Assembly (NCBI GenBank): GCA_002269645.1
Contig: NIVC01001504.1
Location: 212,583 to 276,582 of the forward strand
Direction of reading: 5' to 3'
Length of the DNA: 64,000 nt
From: Macrostomum lignano
Taxonomy: Eukaryota
Part shown: in pieces, positions 28,860 through 44,212 of the stretch
Numbering within the stretch: the first letter of the stretch is position 1
How the letters are laid out: each line of letters begins with the position of its first letter
Made by a program: the position numbers and the translations under genes
The notes under the pieces: generated by a model
Told to the model about the DNA's origin: nothing
What the model saw: the letters and a program-made list of their open reading frames with translations, nothing else
The model's database searches: none

Positions 28860-29470
28860 ACAAAGATTTACACAGACTCACGCAGATTCACTTTGATTCA
28901 CAGACTCACCCAGGCTCACCCAGACTCACAAAGATTCACACAGACTCAGATAGACTCACACAGACCCACCCAGACTCACACAGACTCACTTTGATTCACA
29001 GACTCACCCAGACTCACCCAGACTCACACAGACTCACACAGACTCACACAGACTCACACAGACTCACACAGACTCACAAAGATTCACACAGACTCACACA
29101 GACTCACACAGACTCACACAGACTCACCCAGACTCACAAAGATTCACACAGACTCAGACAGACTCACACAGACCCACCCAGACTCACACAGACTCACTTT
29201 GATTCACAGACTCACACAGACTCACACAGACTCACACAGACTCACAAAGATTCACACAGACTCACAAAGATTCACACAGACTCACACAGACTCACACAGA
29301 CTCACACAGATTCACAAAGATTCACACAGACTCACACAGACTCATACACAAAGATTCACAGACTCACACAGACTCACACAGACTCACAAAGACTCACAAA
29401 GATTCACGCACTCACACAGACTCACACAGACTCACGCAGACTCACGCAGACTCACACAGACTCAAATAGA
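28860..29470. repeat. 10-bp repeat (CACAGACTCA), between the CYP and secreted-protein genes
   Basis: Tandem degenerate copies. Confidence 0.93.
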
Positions 29471-29675
29471 CTCAGCTGGATGAAAATGAATAAAGCGAGT
29501 CCAGGTGAATTCAACGCAGTTTTGCTAGAAAGCTTAACAAGTGTTGCCGGGTGTTGCCCATTCGTGGCTCTCATGCCAGGCTCAGAGACCGCATGGTGTC
29601 ATCAGTAAACTGCCATGAATAAACAGCGCAATTTCAAAGTTCAAAGTTCAACGACGGCCGACCAACTCCAGCGAA

Positions 29676-32806
<3,131 letters not shown>

Positions 32807-33142
32807 GCTGTATTCGAGAGTGACGCCTGTCGCTCAGCAGCTCTGAGTCAGAATTTTTGGCGACTCTCTTTATCTACCTGGCCCGGCCAGAGCGCACGCC
32901 TGAGAGATTGCGCGAGTAGCTCACGCTCAGGTAGGTGCCAGCCCGGGCCTGTAGGAGCGCGTCAGAGCCACCTGACCTTCGGATGAGCTTTCGCTTGGGG
33001 TCAGAGACGGACTCAACTGATAAGAGCTGCGGACTGAAGGCTGGCTGTGTGGTATGAAATTCTTTGGCAGCAACACATATTGTTCGGTGCGAGCTCTGCT
33101 GCCTCTGCAGTTATTTTTCGCTTGCTTCTGTGCACTCAATTC

Positions 33143-33960
33143 TACCTGCTTACTGTTCTACCTGCTCTCAGTTCTACCTGCTCTCTGTTCTACCTGCTCT
33201 CAGTTCTACCTGCTCTCTGTTCTACCTGCTCTCTGTTCTACCTGCTCTCAGTTCTACCTGCTCTCAGTTCTACCTGCTCTCTGTTCTACCTGCTCTCAGT
33301 TCTACCTGCTCTCTGTTCTACCTGCTCTCTGTTCTACCTGCTCTCTGTTCTACCTGCTCTCAGTTCTACCTGCTCTCAGTTCTACCTGCTCTCAGTTCTA
33401 CCTGCTCTCTGTTCTACCTGCTCTCTGTTCTACCTGCTCTCACATCTACCTGCTCTCACATCTACCTGCTCTCTGTTCTACCTGCTCTCTGTTCTACCTG
33501 CTCTCACATCTACCTGCTCTCAGTTCTACCTGCTCTCTGTTCTACCTGCTCTCAGTTCTACCTGCTCTCTGTTCTACCTGCTCTCTGTTCTACCTGCTCT
33601 CACATCTACCTGCTCTCTGTTCTACCTGCTCTCTGTTCTACCTGCTCTCTGTTCTACCTGCTCTCTGTTCTACCTGCTCTCTGTTCTACCTGCTCTCTGT
33701 TCTACCTGCTCTCAGTTCTACCTGCTCTCAGTTCTACCTGCTCTCTGTTCTACCTGCTCTCTGTTCTACCTGCTCTCTGTTCTACCTGCTCTCAGTTCTA
33801 CCTGCTCTCTGTTCTACCTGCTCTCAGTTCTACCTGCTCTCAGTTCTACCTGCTCTCAGTTCTACCTGCTCTCAGTTCTACCTGCTCTCACATCTACCTG
33901 CTCTCAGTTCTACCTGCCCTCAGTTCTACCTGCTCTCTGTTCTACCTGCTCTCTGTTCTA
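33143..33960. repeat. Minisatellite 16-bp (GTTCTACCTGCTCTCT/A), upstream of CYP
   Basis: About 50 copies; source of spurious ORFs 33047-34003. Confidence 0.96.
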
Positions 33961-34309
33961 CTCTCTATTCTACTCCTTCGTAGTCACTGAAAGAAACTGT
34001 TGAGTTTCGGCTGAACTATAGTATTGCATAGAAAATGACATGATGCGATTAAACAAATCCTTTCAACATGTATTTGAATGCGCTATTGATGAAATCATGC
34101 AGTGTGCTACAGGAAAGAGCTGTGCTAAACATCGCGAGTTACAGAGCTGGGCCTGAAAAAGGAATTGGGATAGACAGAGCCGCTTTATGAGGGAGTAACA
34201 TTTCAGTATCAAAAATTTAAAGGAAAAAGTTCAGAGAAGCCACCGAGGACCGCGTGTAGTAGGAGTGACGTCATACTTTTAAAAAGTAAAGCCTTTTTTA
34301 CAGCCTAAC

Positions 34310-34730
34310 TGATTAATGATTGATTTGATGTTGACTAGATATTTTTAGATATTGACTAGAGGTTGATTAGAGATTGTTTATACATTGATTAGATACTGAT
34401 TAGATATTGATTAGAGGTTGATTATATATTGATTAGATATTGATTAGATAGTGATTAGATATTGATTAGATGGTGATTAGATATTGATTAGATATTGATT
34501 AGATATCGATTAGATATTGTTTAGTTTTTGATTAGATATTGAGTGGATATTGATTGGATACTGATTATATATTGATTAGATATTGATTAGATATTGATAA
34601 GATACTGATTAGATACTGATTAGATATTGATTAGATATTGATTAGAGGTTCACCAAAGATTGATTAGATAACTGATTAGATACTGATAAGAAATTGATTA
34701 GGTTATGATTAGACATTGATTAGACATTTA
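34310..34730. repeat. Degenerate 11-bp repeat (GATTAGATATT)
   Basis: Tandem degenerate copies. Confidence 0.88.
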
Positions 34731-35595
34731 TTCAAAGTGCGCCTCGTCCATTTCCTACTATTTGCTGTCCTGGGGCAGAAATGACAGAACAGGAAAGCTC
34801 TACAAAGCGTGAATTTATTCATTGCCAATCATTTTGCCATGGCTTGCTCTCGCCAGAAGTTACATCAGCCCTGCCAGCCGCTCCCCGGGGGAGGCATGGT
34901 TTGAGGACAGCTGAAGGGGCACAACAAACAGCAGCAGTTGCTGCGGAGAAGGCGGGCCGCTGAAGGCGGAGGCCACACAAGCAGCCGGCCAGACCTGCAT
35001 GCCAAATTTGCCTCAGCCTGGGGAGCAGTGCGCGGCAGCTGCAGGCTGCTGGACCCCCTGCCTTCTCTTCATCTCGCCCTGTCTGCCAGCATCCACCACT
35101 CCCCAGCTGCCTTCCCATCAGGGCGAGGCTCCATTGCTCTGTCCCGCTCCCCTACCCCCCCGCGCACTTTAGGACAACAGAAGGCTGGGAGCAGAGGGGG
35201 GCAAAGCACGGAGGATGAAGGGAAGAGGCTGAACTGCTGCTCCAGCGCGGATGGAGCGGCAGGACAAGCAGCAGCGGCAGCTGGGCTGCTCAAACAATGG
35301 CTGAGTCCTGAGGGGCGGCCAAGGCGCCCTCCACCGACATTGGCGGCCGGGGCGGCTGCACTTTTGCGATTCCCCACCGACTGCCGCACGCCCCGAAGCT
35401 GCGGAGCTGCTCCATCACTGACACAAGCGATTGCAAAACACCTGGCAACCAGGGGGGGGGGTTACTGGCTTGACTGCTGGGGACATTGCTGGTGTCGTTT
35501 GGGCGCATTTGTAGGAAGAAATGGCTGTGAAAAATTGTGTTCGCGAGTCCTCAGTTCAGACTGATGAAGATCAGAGTGTCAGCATCGCGGGAGCT

Positions 35596-38500
35596 TCAGT
35601 GCAGCCGGGTTTTCTCCCGGCGCAGGCCGCCCTCCGGCGGCTCGCGGGCGGCCTCCACGGGCCGGCCGTTCAGCGTGAGCTCATAGCGGGTGCCGCCGCG
35701 GCCGCCCGGCACGATGCTGATGCGGCCCTTCTGGCCGTCCAGCTCGAAGTCCAGCGTGGAGCCGGTGTCGCTGAAGTCGCTCTGCGTTATTTGGGTTGGG
35801 TTGGCTGCATTGCGAGACATGAGATCCGGGTGGTTGGGTTGGCTGCATTGCGAGACATGAGATCCGGGTGGTTGGGTTGGCTGCATTGCGAGACATGAGA
35901 TCCGGGTGGTTGGGTTGGCTGCATTGCGAGACATGAGATCCGGGTGGGGTGCAGATGAGCCAGCTGGAGCTCTGCTGGCCGGCTTTTGCCACAAAGTTGA
36001 CGAATACTTGCAGGTTTATCAAACAGAGTTCTGTGGAGATTTTCACTTTTATTTTCTACTAGAAGATATTTTTTTCTGGTTGGATTTTTTCAGCCAAATT
36101 TGTCTATGGTAAAACCAGATTTGTTGTGTGAAATATGCAAACCTCTGTGACGGGGGGCGATGACCAGCACAGATGGGAGGGCGATGACCTGCCCAGACGG
36201 GAGGATAATGACCAGCACAGATGGGAGGATAATGACCAGCACAGATGGGAGGATAATGACCAGCACAGACGGGAGGATAATGACCAGCACAGATGGGAGG
36301 ATAATGACCAGCACAGATGGGAGGATAATGACCAGCACAGATGGGAGGATAATGACCAGCACAGACGGGAGGATAATGACCAGCACAGACGGGAGGATAA
36401 TGACCAGCACAGACGGGAGGATAATGACCAGCACAGACGGGAGGATAATGACCAGCACAGATGGGAGGATAATGACCAGCACAGACGGGAGGATAATGAC
36501 CAGCACAGATGGGAGGATAATGACCAGCACAGACGGGAGGATAATGACCAGCACAGATGGGAGGATAATGACCAGCACAGATGGGAGGATAATGACCAGC
36601 ACAGACGGGAGGATAATGACCAGCACAGATGGGAGGATAATGACCAGCACAGATGGGAGGATAATGACCAGCACAGACGGGAGGATAATGACCAGCACAG
36701 ACGGGAGGATAATTACCAGCACAGAGGGGAGGATAATGACCAGCACAGACGGGAGGATAATGACCAGCACAGATGGGAGGATAATGACCAGCACAGACGG
36801 GAGGATAATGACCAGCACAGACGGGAGGATAATGACCAGCACAGACGGGAGGATAATGACCAGCACAGACGGGAGGATAATGACCAGCACAGATGGGAGG
36901 ATAATGACCAGCACAGATGGGAGGATAATGACCAGCACAGACGGGAGGATAATGACCAGCACAGATGGGAGGATAATGACCAGCACAGATGGGAGGATAA
37001 TGACCAGCACAGATGGGAGGATAATGACCAGCACAGATGGGAGGATAATGACCAGCACAGACGGGAGGATAATGACCAGCACAGATGGGAGGATAATGAC
37101 CAGCACAGATGGGAGGATAATGACCAGCACAGATGGGAGGATAATGACCAGCACAGATGGGAGGATAATGACCAGCACAGATGGGAGGATAATGACCAGC
37201 ACAGACGGGAGGATAATGACCAGCACAGATGGGAGGATAATGACCAGCACAGACGGGAGGATAATGACCAGCACAGATGGGAGGATAATGACCAGCACAG
37301 ATGGGAGGATAATGACCAGCACAGATGGGAGGATAATGACCAGCACAGATGGGAGGATAATGACCAGCACAGATGGGAGGATAATGACCAGCACAGACGG
37401 GAGGATAATGAGCAGCACAGACGGGAGGATAATGACCAGCACAGACGGGAGGATAATGACCAGCACAGACGGGAGGATAATGACCAGCACAGACGGGAGG
37501 ATAATGACCAGCACAGATGGGAGGATAATGACCAGCACAGATGGGAGGATAATGACCAGCACAGATGGGAGGATAATGACCAGCACAGACGGGAGGATAA
37601 TGACCAGCACAGACGGGAGGATAATGACCAGCACAGACGGGAGGATAATGACCAGCACAGACGGGAGGGTAATGACCAGCACAGACGGGAGGATAATGAC
37701 CAGCACAGATGGGAGGATAATGACCAGCACAGATGGGAGGATAATGACCAGCACAGACGGGAGGATAATGACCAGCACAGATGGGAGGATAATGACCAGC
37801 ACAGATGGGAGGATAATGACCAGCACAGATGGGAGGATAATGACCAGCACAGACGGGAGGATAATGACCAGCACAGACGGGAGGATAATGACCAGCACAG
37901 ATGGGAGGATAATGACCAGCACAGATGGGAGGGCGATGACCAGCACAGACGGGAGGATAATGACCAGCACAGACGGAATGATAATGACCAGCACAGATGG
38001 GAGGGCGATGACCAGCACAGACGGGAGGGCGATGAGCGGATACTTTTAAACTTCTTCGACACTGAGTAATCTACAGCAGAATCAAGCAGTTTTGTTTTTA
38101 AACTGTCAATCAATCAGTCTGAGAGCTCAACCTGTGCAATGTGCCTGTTGGTCTCGCTAATTCATTTTTTGGCCTTCGAAATCGGCCTTCAAATCCATTC
38201 CAAGACTTGAAGATTCGCTAATGCATTTTAATGCGGCTGGAGATGCACTCATGTTGAACGCGAAATTTTCTATTTCTGCTTTTTTACTAAAAGCCTTCAA
38301 CAGCCTGCAGAGTGCGGGCTGCCTCACCTTCAAGTCTTCGGGGGGGGGGAGACGAACCCCAGGCACAGGGGATGCAAATACACACTCTGCAGCGGCCCAG
38401 ACTCAATTGCGACTGACAGCTGCGTTGAGTGCCGGGCTGGGGCAAGTCGAGTGCGACCTGCCTTAGCGACTGCGGTAGGATGAATTCAGCCCGAGAGCTC

Positions 38501-41096
38501 GCAGTTAGGGATTGCTAGTCTAGCCCACTGATGAGGGAATAGAATGGATTGCTAGTCTAGCCCACTGATGAAGAAATAGAATGGATTGCTAGTCTAGCCC
38601 ACTGATGAAGGAATAGAATGGATTGCTAGTCTAGCCCACTGATGAGGGAATAGAATGGATTGCTAGTCTAGCCAACTGATGAGGGAATAGAATGGATTGC
38701 TAGTCTAGCCCACTGATGAGGGAATAGAATGGATTGCTAATCTAGCCCACTGATGAAGGAATAGAATGGATTGCTAATCTAGCCCACTGATGAGGGAATA
38801 GAATGGATTGCTAATCTAGCCCACTGATGAGGGAATAGAATGGATTGCTAATCTAGCCCACTGATGAGGGAATAGAATGGATTGCTAATCTAAACCATTG
38901 ATATTGCTATTAAACAGTTCACAATTGCTGCACTCACCACAGTCTGCAGCAGCTGGTCGTTGCACCAGAGTTCAAGCGAGTCCTTGCCTAAAATTTGAGT
39001 ATTATTTTGAGATGAATTCTTATGCGAGGGGTGAAGCCAGTTCAACATGGGGTTGCGGACTTGTTTTGAGAAGCGCAGCACTCACTCAGAGCGATGCTGT
39101 AGTTCACGCCGTGCAGCTTCGTGTTCCACACGGCCGTCTCGGAAGTCGGCATGTACGAGTTGACCGGCATGGCGGTGCGGGGCCTGCGAGGGACGGGAGG
39201 GTCATGACCATGCAGTACAGACAGGGACGGGAGGGTCATGACCATGCAGTACAGACAGGGACGGGAGGGTGATGACCAGTACAGACAGGGACGGGAGGGT
39301 GATGACCAGTACAGACAGGGACGGGAAGGTGATGACCAGTACAGACAGGGACGGGAGGGTGATGACCAGTACAGACAGGGACGGGAGGGTGATGACCAGT
39401 ACAGACAGGGACGGGAGGGTGATGACCAGTACAGACAGGGACGGGAGGGTGATGACCAGTACAGACAGGGATGGGAGGGTGATGACCAGTACAGACAGGG
39501 ACGGGAGGGTGATGACCAGTACAGACAGGGACGGGAGGGTGATGACCAGTACAGACAGGGACGGGAGGGTGATGACCAGTACAGACAGGGATGGGAGGGT
39601 GATGACCAGTACAGACAGGGACGAGAGGGTGATGACCAGTACAGACAGGGACGGGAGGGTGATGACCAGTACAGACAGGGACGGGAGGGTGATGACCAGT
39701 ACAGACAGGGACGGGAGGGTGATGACCAGTACAGACAGGGATGGGAGGGTGATGACCAGTACAGACAGGGACGAGAGGGTGATGACCAGTACAGACAGGG
39801 ACGGGATGGCAATGACCAGCTTAGCAATGGGAGGCGGTGGCCATCAAAGGAAGCTGGGCCTACGGACCAGCCAAGTGAGGCAGGACTGCCGCAGAGAATT
39901 TGTGCTCAAAGTTCCCTGCTCAGAGTTACTCTGGCAGCACTATGGGAACCTGCACGCTTTACTGGCCAGCTCTGCCAATACTTGATGCAAAGAACCGAGC
40001 TGCAACTCCCAGCTGAAGTCCGTCATTGAAGTTTGCAAGCAAACAGGCAGGGTAACCGAATTTAGCGGGGGGGGGGTTCCTGGAAACTGATTATACGACA
40101 AAGTGGGCAGCCTTGGTAAGCAAACACGACTGGAAACTGGACCGGGGCTTAACTGGGTTTGCTCAGCGATCCGGCGAAACGAGGAGCGCCTCTGTGGAGC
40201 GGCTTTTATAGGAAATTTCACTGGCTCCGGCTCGTGCAGAGTGCAGTGAGCTCTCGGGGAAGCAGGATCTGAGGGCCAGTGTCTGAGGGCGGCAGGGCCA
40301 GTGTCTGAGGGCGGCAGGGCCAGTGTCTGAGGGCGGCAGGGCCAGTGTCTGAGGGCGGCAGGGCCAGTGTCTGAGGGCGGCAGGGCCAGTGTCTGAGGGC
40401 GGCAGGGCCAGTGTCTGAGGGCGGCAGGGCCAGTGTCTGAGGGCGGCAGGGCCAGTGTCTGAGGGCGGCAGGGCCAGTGTCTGAGGGCGGCAGGGCCAGT
40501 GTCTGAGGGCGGCAGGGCCAGTGTCTGAGGGCGGCAGTGCCAGTGTCTGAGGGCGGCAGGGCCAGTGTCTGAGGGCGGCAGGGCCAGTGTCTGAGGGCGG
40601 CAGGGCCAGTGTCTGAGGGCGGCAGGGCCAGTGTCTGAGGGCGGCAGGGCCAGTGTCTGAGGGCGGCAGGGCCAGTGTCTGAGGGCGGCAGTGCCAGTGT
40701 CTGAGGGCGGCAGGGCCAGTGTCTGAGGGCGGCAGGGCCAGTGTCTGAGGGCGGCAGGGCCAGTGTCTGAGGCGTCTCACCTGGCCCCGGTCTCACCTGG
40801 CCCCGGTCTCACCTGGCCCCGGTCTCACCTGGCCCCGGTCTCACCTGGCCCCGGTCTCACCTGGCCCCGGTCTCACCTGGCCCCGGTCTCACCTGGCCCC
40901 GGTCTCACCTGGCCACTTTGGTCGGCTTCTTCTTTTTGCCCTCCTTCATGCGAGCGGCAGCGGATTTTCCAGACGAGAAGATGACGGACATTCTGCTGCT
41001 GCTGCTGCTGGTGTTTGGCTCTGGCTTTGGAAATGCCGCAGGATCTGCTGGCTGAGAGAACTTTGGGTAGAGAGGCGGGGAGCGGCGGGGCGCCAT
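35596..41096 (-). CDS. FAIM-like protein (one FAIM C-terminal-type domain), 5' structure uncertain
   Basis: Exons 39183-39086, 38987-38938, 35781-35596 give ETAVWNTKLHGVNYSIALSKDSLELWCNDQLLQTVSDFSDTGSTLDFELDG...YELTLNGRPVE, matching the FAIM C-half pattern (W..DG.NFRIVLEKD..DVWCNG..LET..EF.D.GT). Upstream exon 41096-40909 is phase-compatible; alternative start at GCCATG 39170. Confidence 0.75.
35792..35945. repeat. 38-bp repeat x4 (TTGGGTTGGCTGCATTGCGAGACATGAGATCCGGGTGG) next to the FAIM-like last acceptor
   Basis: Tandem copies. Confidence 0.93.
36156..38035. repeat. 24-bp minisatellite x~78 (GAYGGGAGGATAATGACCAGCACA), FAIM-like last intron
   Basis: Highly homogeneous, essentially one C/T variable site. 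Confidence 0.98.
38510..38892 (+). repeat. 37-bp satellite family, copy 2, FAIM-like last intron
   Basis: About 10 copies of the 16467 unit. Confidence 0.97.
39190..39820. repeat. 30-bp minisatellite (GACGGGAGGGTGATGACCAGTACAGACAGG), sister of the 24-mer
   Basis: About 21 copies running into the acceptor at 39184. Confidence 0.97.
40270..40913. repeat. Adjacent arrays: 22-bp CAGGGCCAGTGTCTGAGGGCGG (40270-40771) and 16-bp CTCACCTGGCCCCGGT (40776-40913, contains minus-strand CAG|GTGAG)
   Basis: Tandem copies; the 16-mer begins across the donor at 40908. Confidence 0.96.
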
Positions 41097-42044
41097 GGCG
41101 GCAGCTGAGCCGGGCTTTATTGCCAGCCCGGCCTGGCTGAGCACCCGGTATTGGCTGCAGCCCCGGCCGGTTCAGCTGGGGGAAAAACTGGGCAGGATAA
41201 ACAGACAGCAGACGGGGAACAGGGTTGGGAGTCGGGACAGTGGCGCAGGGGGTTAGGGAAGCTGGGAGAGACCGGTAATTACCAACACATTGCTTCGCCT
41301 TCTCAACTCAAACTGGCAGCAAAATAAAGTTTGAATGCATTGGTAAAAATTTGTTATAATCAAGTCGCTATAAAATACGGCACAGCAGGAAAAATGCTTA
41401 GGCCATTGTTAGCGAAAAACAATTAGTGCAATTCAATTGCGTTCATCCAGCACGTCTTGGTCTGAGGGGTTGCTTCGAACTGTTGATGGCTCCAGAAAGC
41501 ATTTGTTTCTAAGAAAAGAATTTTTTCTGCGTTTTTAATTCACCTTGATTTTTTAATTTACGAACTTTTTAAAAAAAGCACAAACTCGATGTTTTAAGTT
41601 AAAAGTACATCTTGAGTGCAAATCCTGTGTGCATCTTTTATCAAATGGAGAATAAACCTGTGGCAGATGGGCATGCAGCTGTCAAAGATTTGAAATTCAT
41701 TTATTTAAACAAATTATATAAAATCGATTTGTTAATATCAGCAAAAGCGGAACGAGAATTTAAAATGAGTATGAAAGTAAAAAAGTTTGAAAGTACAAAG
41801 TGCAACGAGCGACAGATCTTTGTTAAGAAATGAGTTAGCTTGTTCAAGAAAATAAAAAGTGGATTTTCTAGGAAACAGGAAACTCAGTTTCTAGGAAATG
41901 TTTGCCGTTTATACAGAAGCTGTAAAATTGTTAGGGCGCGGTTAAAAATATCAAATTCAAATCTTTCTACGAAACAGTATCTTTGCTTGAAGCACCTTCA
42001 GCTTTGTTTTACCGGAAAAGACCGTCCTTCAAAAACATTCATTT

Positions 42045-43940
42045 CTAAGAAACCGTGGCCTGCCGGGCCAGCCCGCGGGCCGCTCGCACGGAGGACCGCA
42101 GCCGCTCCAGCCGGTCGCCGCCAGCCGAGGCCCGCCGCAGCTGCTGCTCGGCATCGCCGACCGCAACTGAGGCGGCAGCGGCGGATTCCTCGGCGGCGCC
42201 ATAAAACTCAGCGCGCACCAGGCCGCGGCGCAGGGCCTCGCGGAGCTGCACGCGGCGCTGGCCGTCCCGGTAAACGCCGCGCCCCGGCTCCAGGAGGCCG
42301 CGGCTGACGGCCGCTTCCGTGGCCAGCCAGGCGCCCGTGGCGGGATCCAGCGCATGCGTCACCAGGAACGGCCGCGAGTCCCGGCGACCCAGCCAGGGTT
42401 GAGGAGCGGCGCCGTTAACCCCGTCGGAACCACTGCCGACATCTCCGACATCTTTGCCATCTCCGACATCCTTGCCATCTCCGACATCTTTGCCATCTCC
42501 GACATCTTTGCCGTCTCCGACATCTTTGCCATCTCCGACATCTTTGCCATCTCCGACATCTTTGCTTGCCCCATACTCGGTCGCTTCTTCGACAGTTTCG
42601 ACAACCACGGGCTCCGCCCGGATGAGATCGCGGTTCATCGCCTCCATGACCGGCAGGCACTCTCCACTGATGCTGTTCACGTGGCAGCTGCGGTCAGCGC
42701 TGATCAACCCGCGGCTCAGGGCGTCGCTTAGAGAGACGTAGGCGCTCTCCGTGTGGTCTGCGAAACGGAGGGCGGTAACTAGATTAGCAATCCGTTCTAT
42801 TCCTTCATCAGTGGGCTAGATTAGCAATCCATTCTATTCCTTCATCAGTGGGCTAGATTAGCAATCCATTCTATTCCTTCATCAGTGGGCTAGATTAGCA
42901 ATCCATTCTATTCCTTCATCAGTGGGCTAGATTAGCAATCCATTCTATTCCTTCATCAGTGGGCTAGATTAGCAATCCATTCTATTCCTTCATCAGTGAG
43001 CTAGATTAGCAATCCATTCTATTCCCTCATCAGTGGGCTAGATTAGCAATCCATTCTATTCCCTCATCAGTGGGCTAGACTAGCAATCCATTCTATTCCC
43101 TCATCAGTGGGCTAGATTAGCAATCCATTCTATTCCCTCATCAGTGGGCTAGATTAGCAATCCATTCTATTCCCTCATCAGTGGGCTAGACTAGCAATCC
43201 ATTCTATTCCCTCATCAGTGGGCTAGATTAGCAATCCATTCTATTCCTTCATCAGTGGGCTAGATTAGCAATCCATTCTATTCCTTCATCAGTGGGCTAG
43301 ATTAGCAATCCATTCTATTCCTTCATCAGTGGGCTAGATTAGCAATCCATTCTATTCCTTCATCAGTGGGCTAGACTAGCAAGCCATTCTATTCCTTCAT
43401 CAGTGGGCTAGATTAGCAATCCATTCTATTCCTTCATCAGTGGGCTAGATTTGCAATCCATTCCATTCTTCATCACCAGGTATAACCAGCCTCACTTGCC
43501 AGGCGCATCAGCCAGGCATTTCTGTATTTTCCCAGCATTAATTAAGACCCCCGCTGAGGTGGGGCAGCGGCGCAGACTTTGAAGAGGTATTTTGGACAAC
43601 AGTTGGGGGGGCGATGCGTTTCCAGGCAGCTTATGAAGCCAGCGCGGCCCAGCATCACTTATTGATGACATTGCTACAATCCAAATCTACAGGCATGGGG
43701 AGAGTCTTCTTTGGGAAATTCCCGTGCACGACATTTTTTGCAAAATTCATTCCCGCTGCAGCCGGGCAAGGCGGCTCGGCAGTGAGCCTCACCGAACACT
43801 CCAGAGATGCAGTAGCGAATCTCCTTGGACTGGTTGGCGCGGGCGGTGGCCTCCTCCTGCGGGGACTCCACGCTGTCCACCTCTTCTTGGAGGGATGACC
43901 AGAGACTGTAAACAAAAGTTTTATCTGTCTGTTTGATTTG

Positions 43941-44024
<84 letters not shown>

Positions 44025-44071
44025 CTAAGACAGACAGACACTAAGACAGACAGACAGACAGAAAGACAGAA

Positions 44072-44170
<99 letters not shown>

Positions 44171-44171
44171 A

Positions 44172-44212
<41 letters not shown>

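Noticed and set aside
33047-34003. Three ~310-aa ORFs over the 16-bp array
   Set aside because: Pure repeat translation in all three frames; no non-repetitive coding content.
34266-34273. CRE palindrome TGACGTCA upstream of the CYP gene
   Set aside because: About one such 8-mer is expected by chance in 64 kb; no supporting context.
34938-35564. 208-aa + strand ORF and neighbours
   Set aside because: Non-ATG start, low-complexity Ala/Arg/Gly content, no motif; probably UTR/promoter GC-rich DNA.
36090-38113. Four 466-644-aa ORFs (VIILPSVL, EDNDQHRW, MTSTDGRI repeats)
   Set aside because: They are stop-free readings of a 24-bp array on both strands, inside the intron joining two FAIM-like exons.
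43494-43560. Extra plakin exon ending at the GCAA|GTGAGG donor
   Set aside because: Direct splicing 43793 to 42757 restores the plectin-repeat motif ISGVFD, and no acceptor or open frame supports an extra exon.
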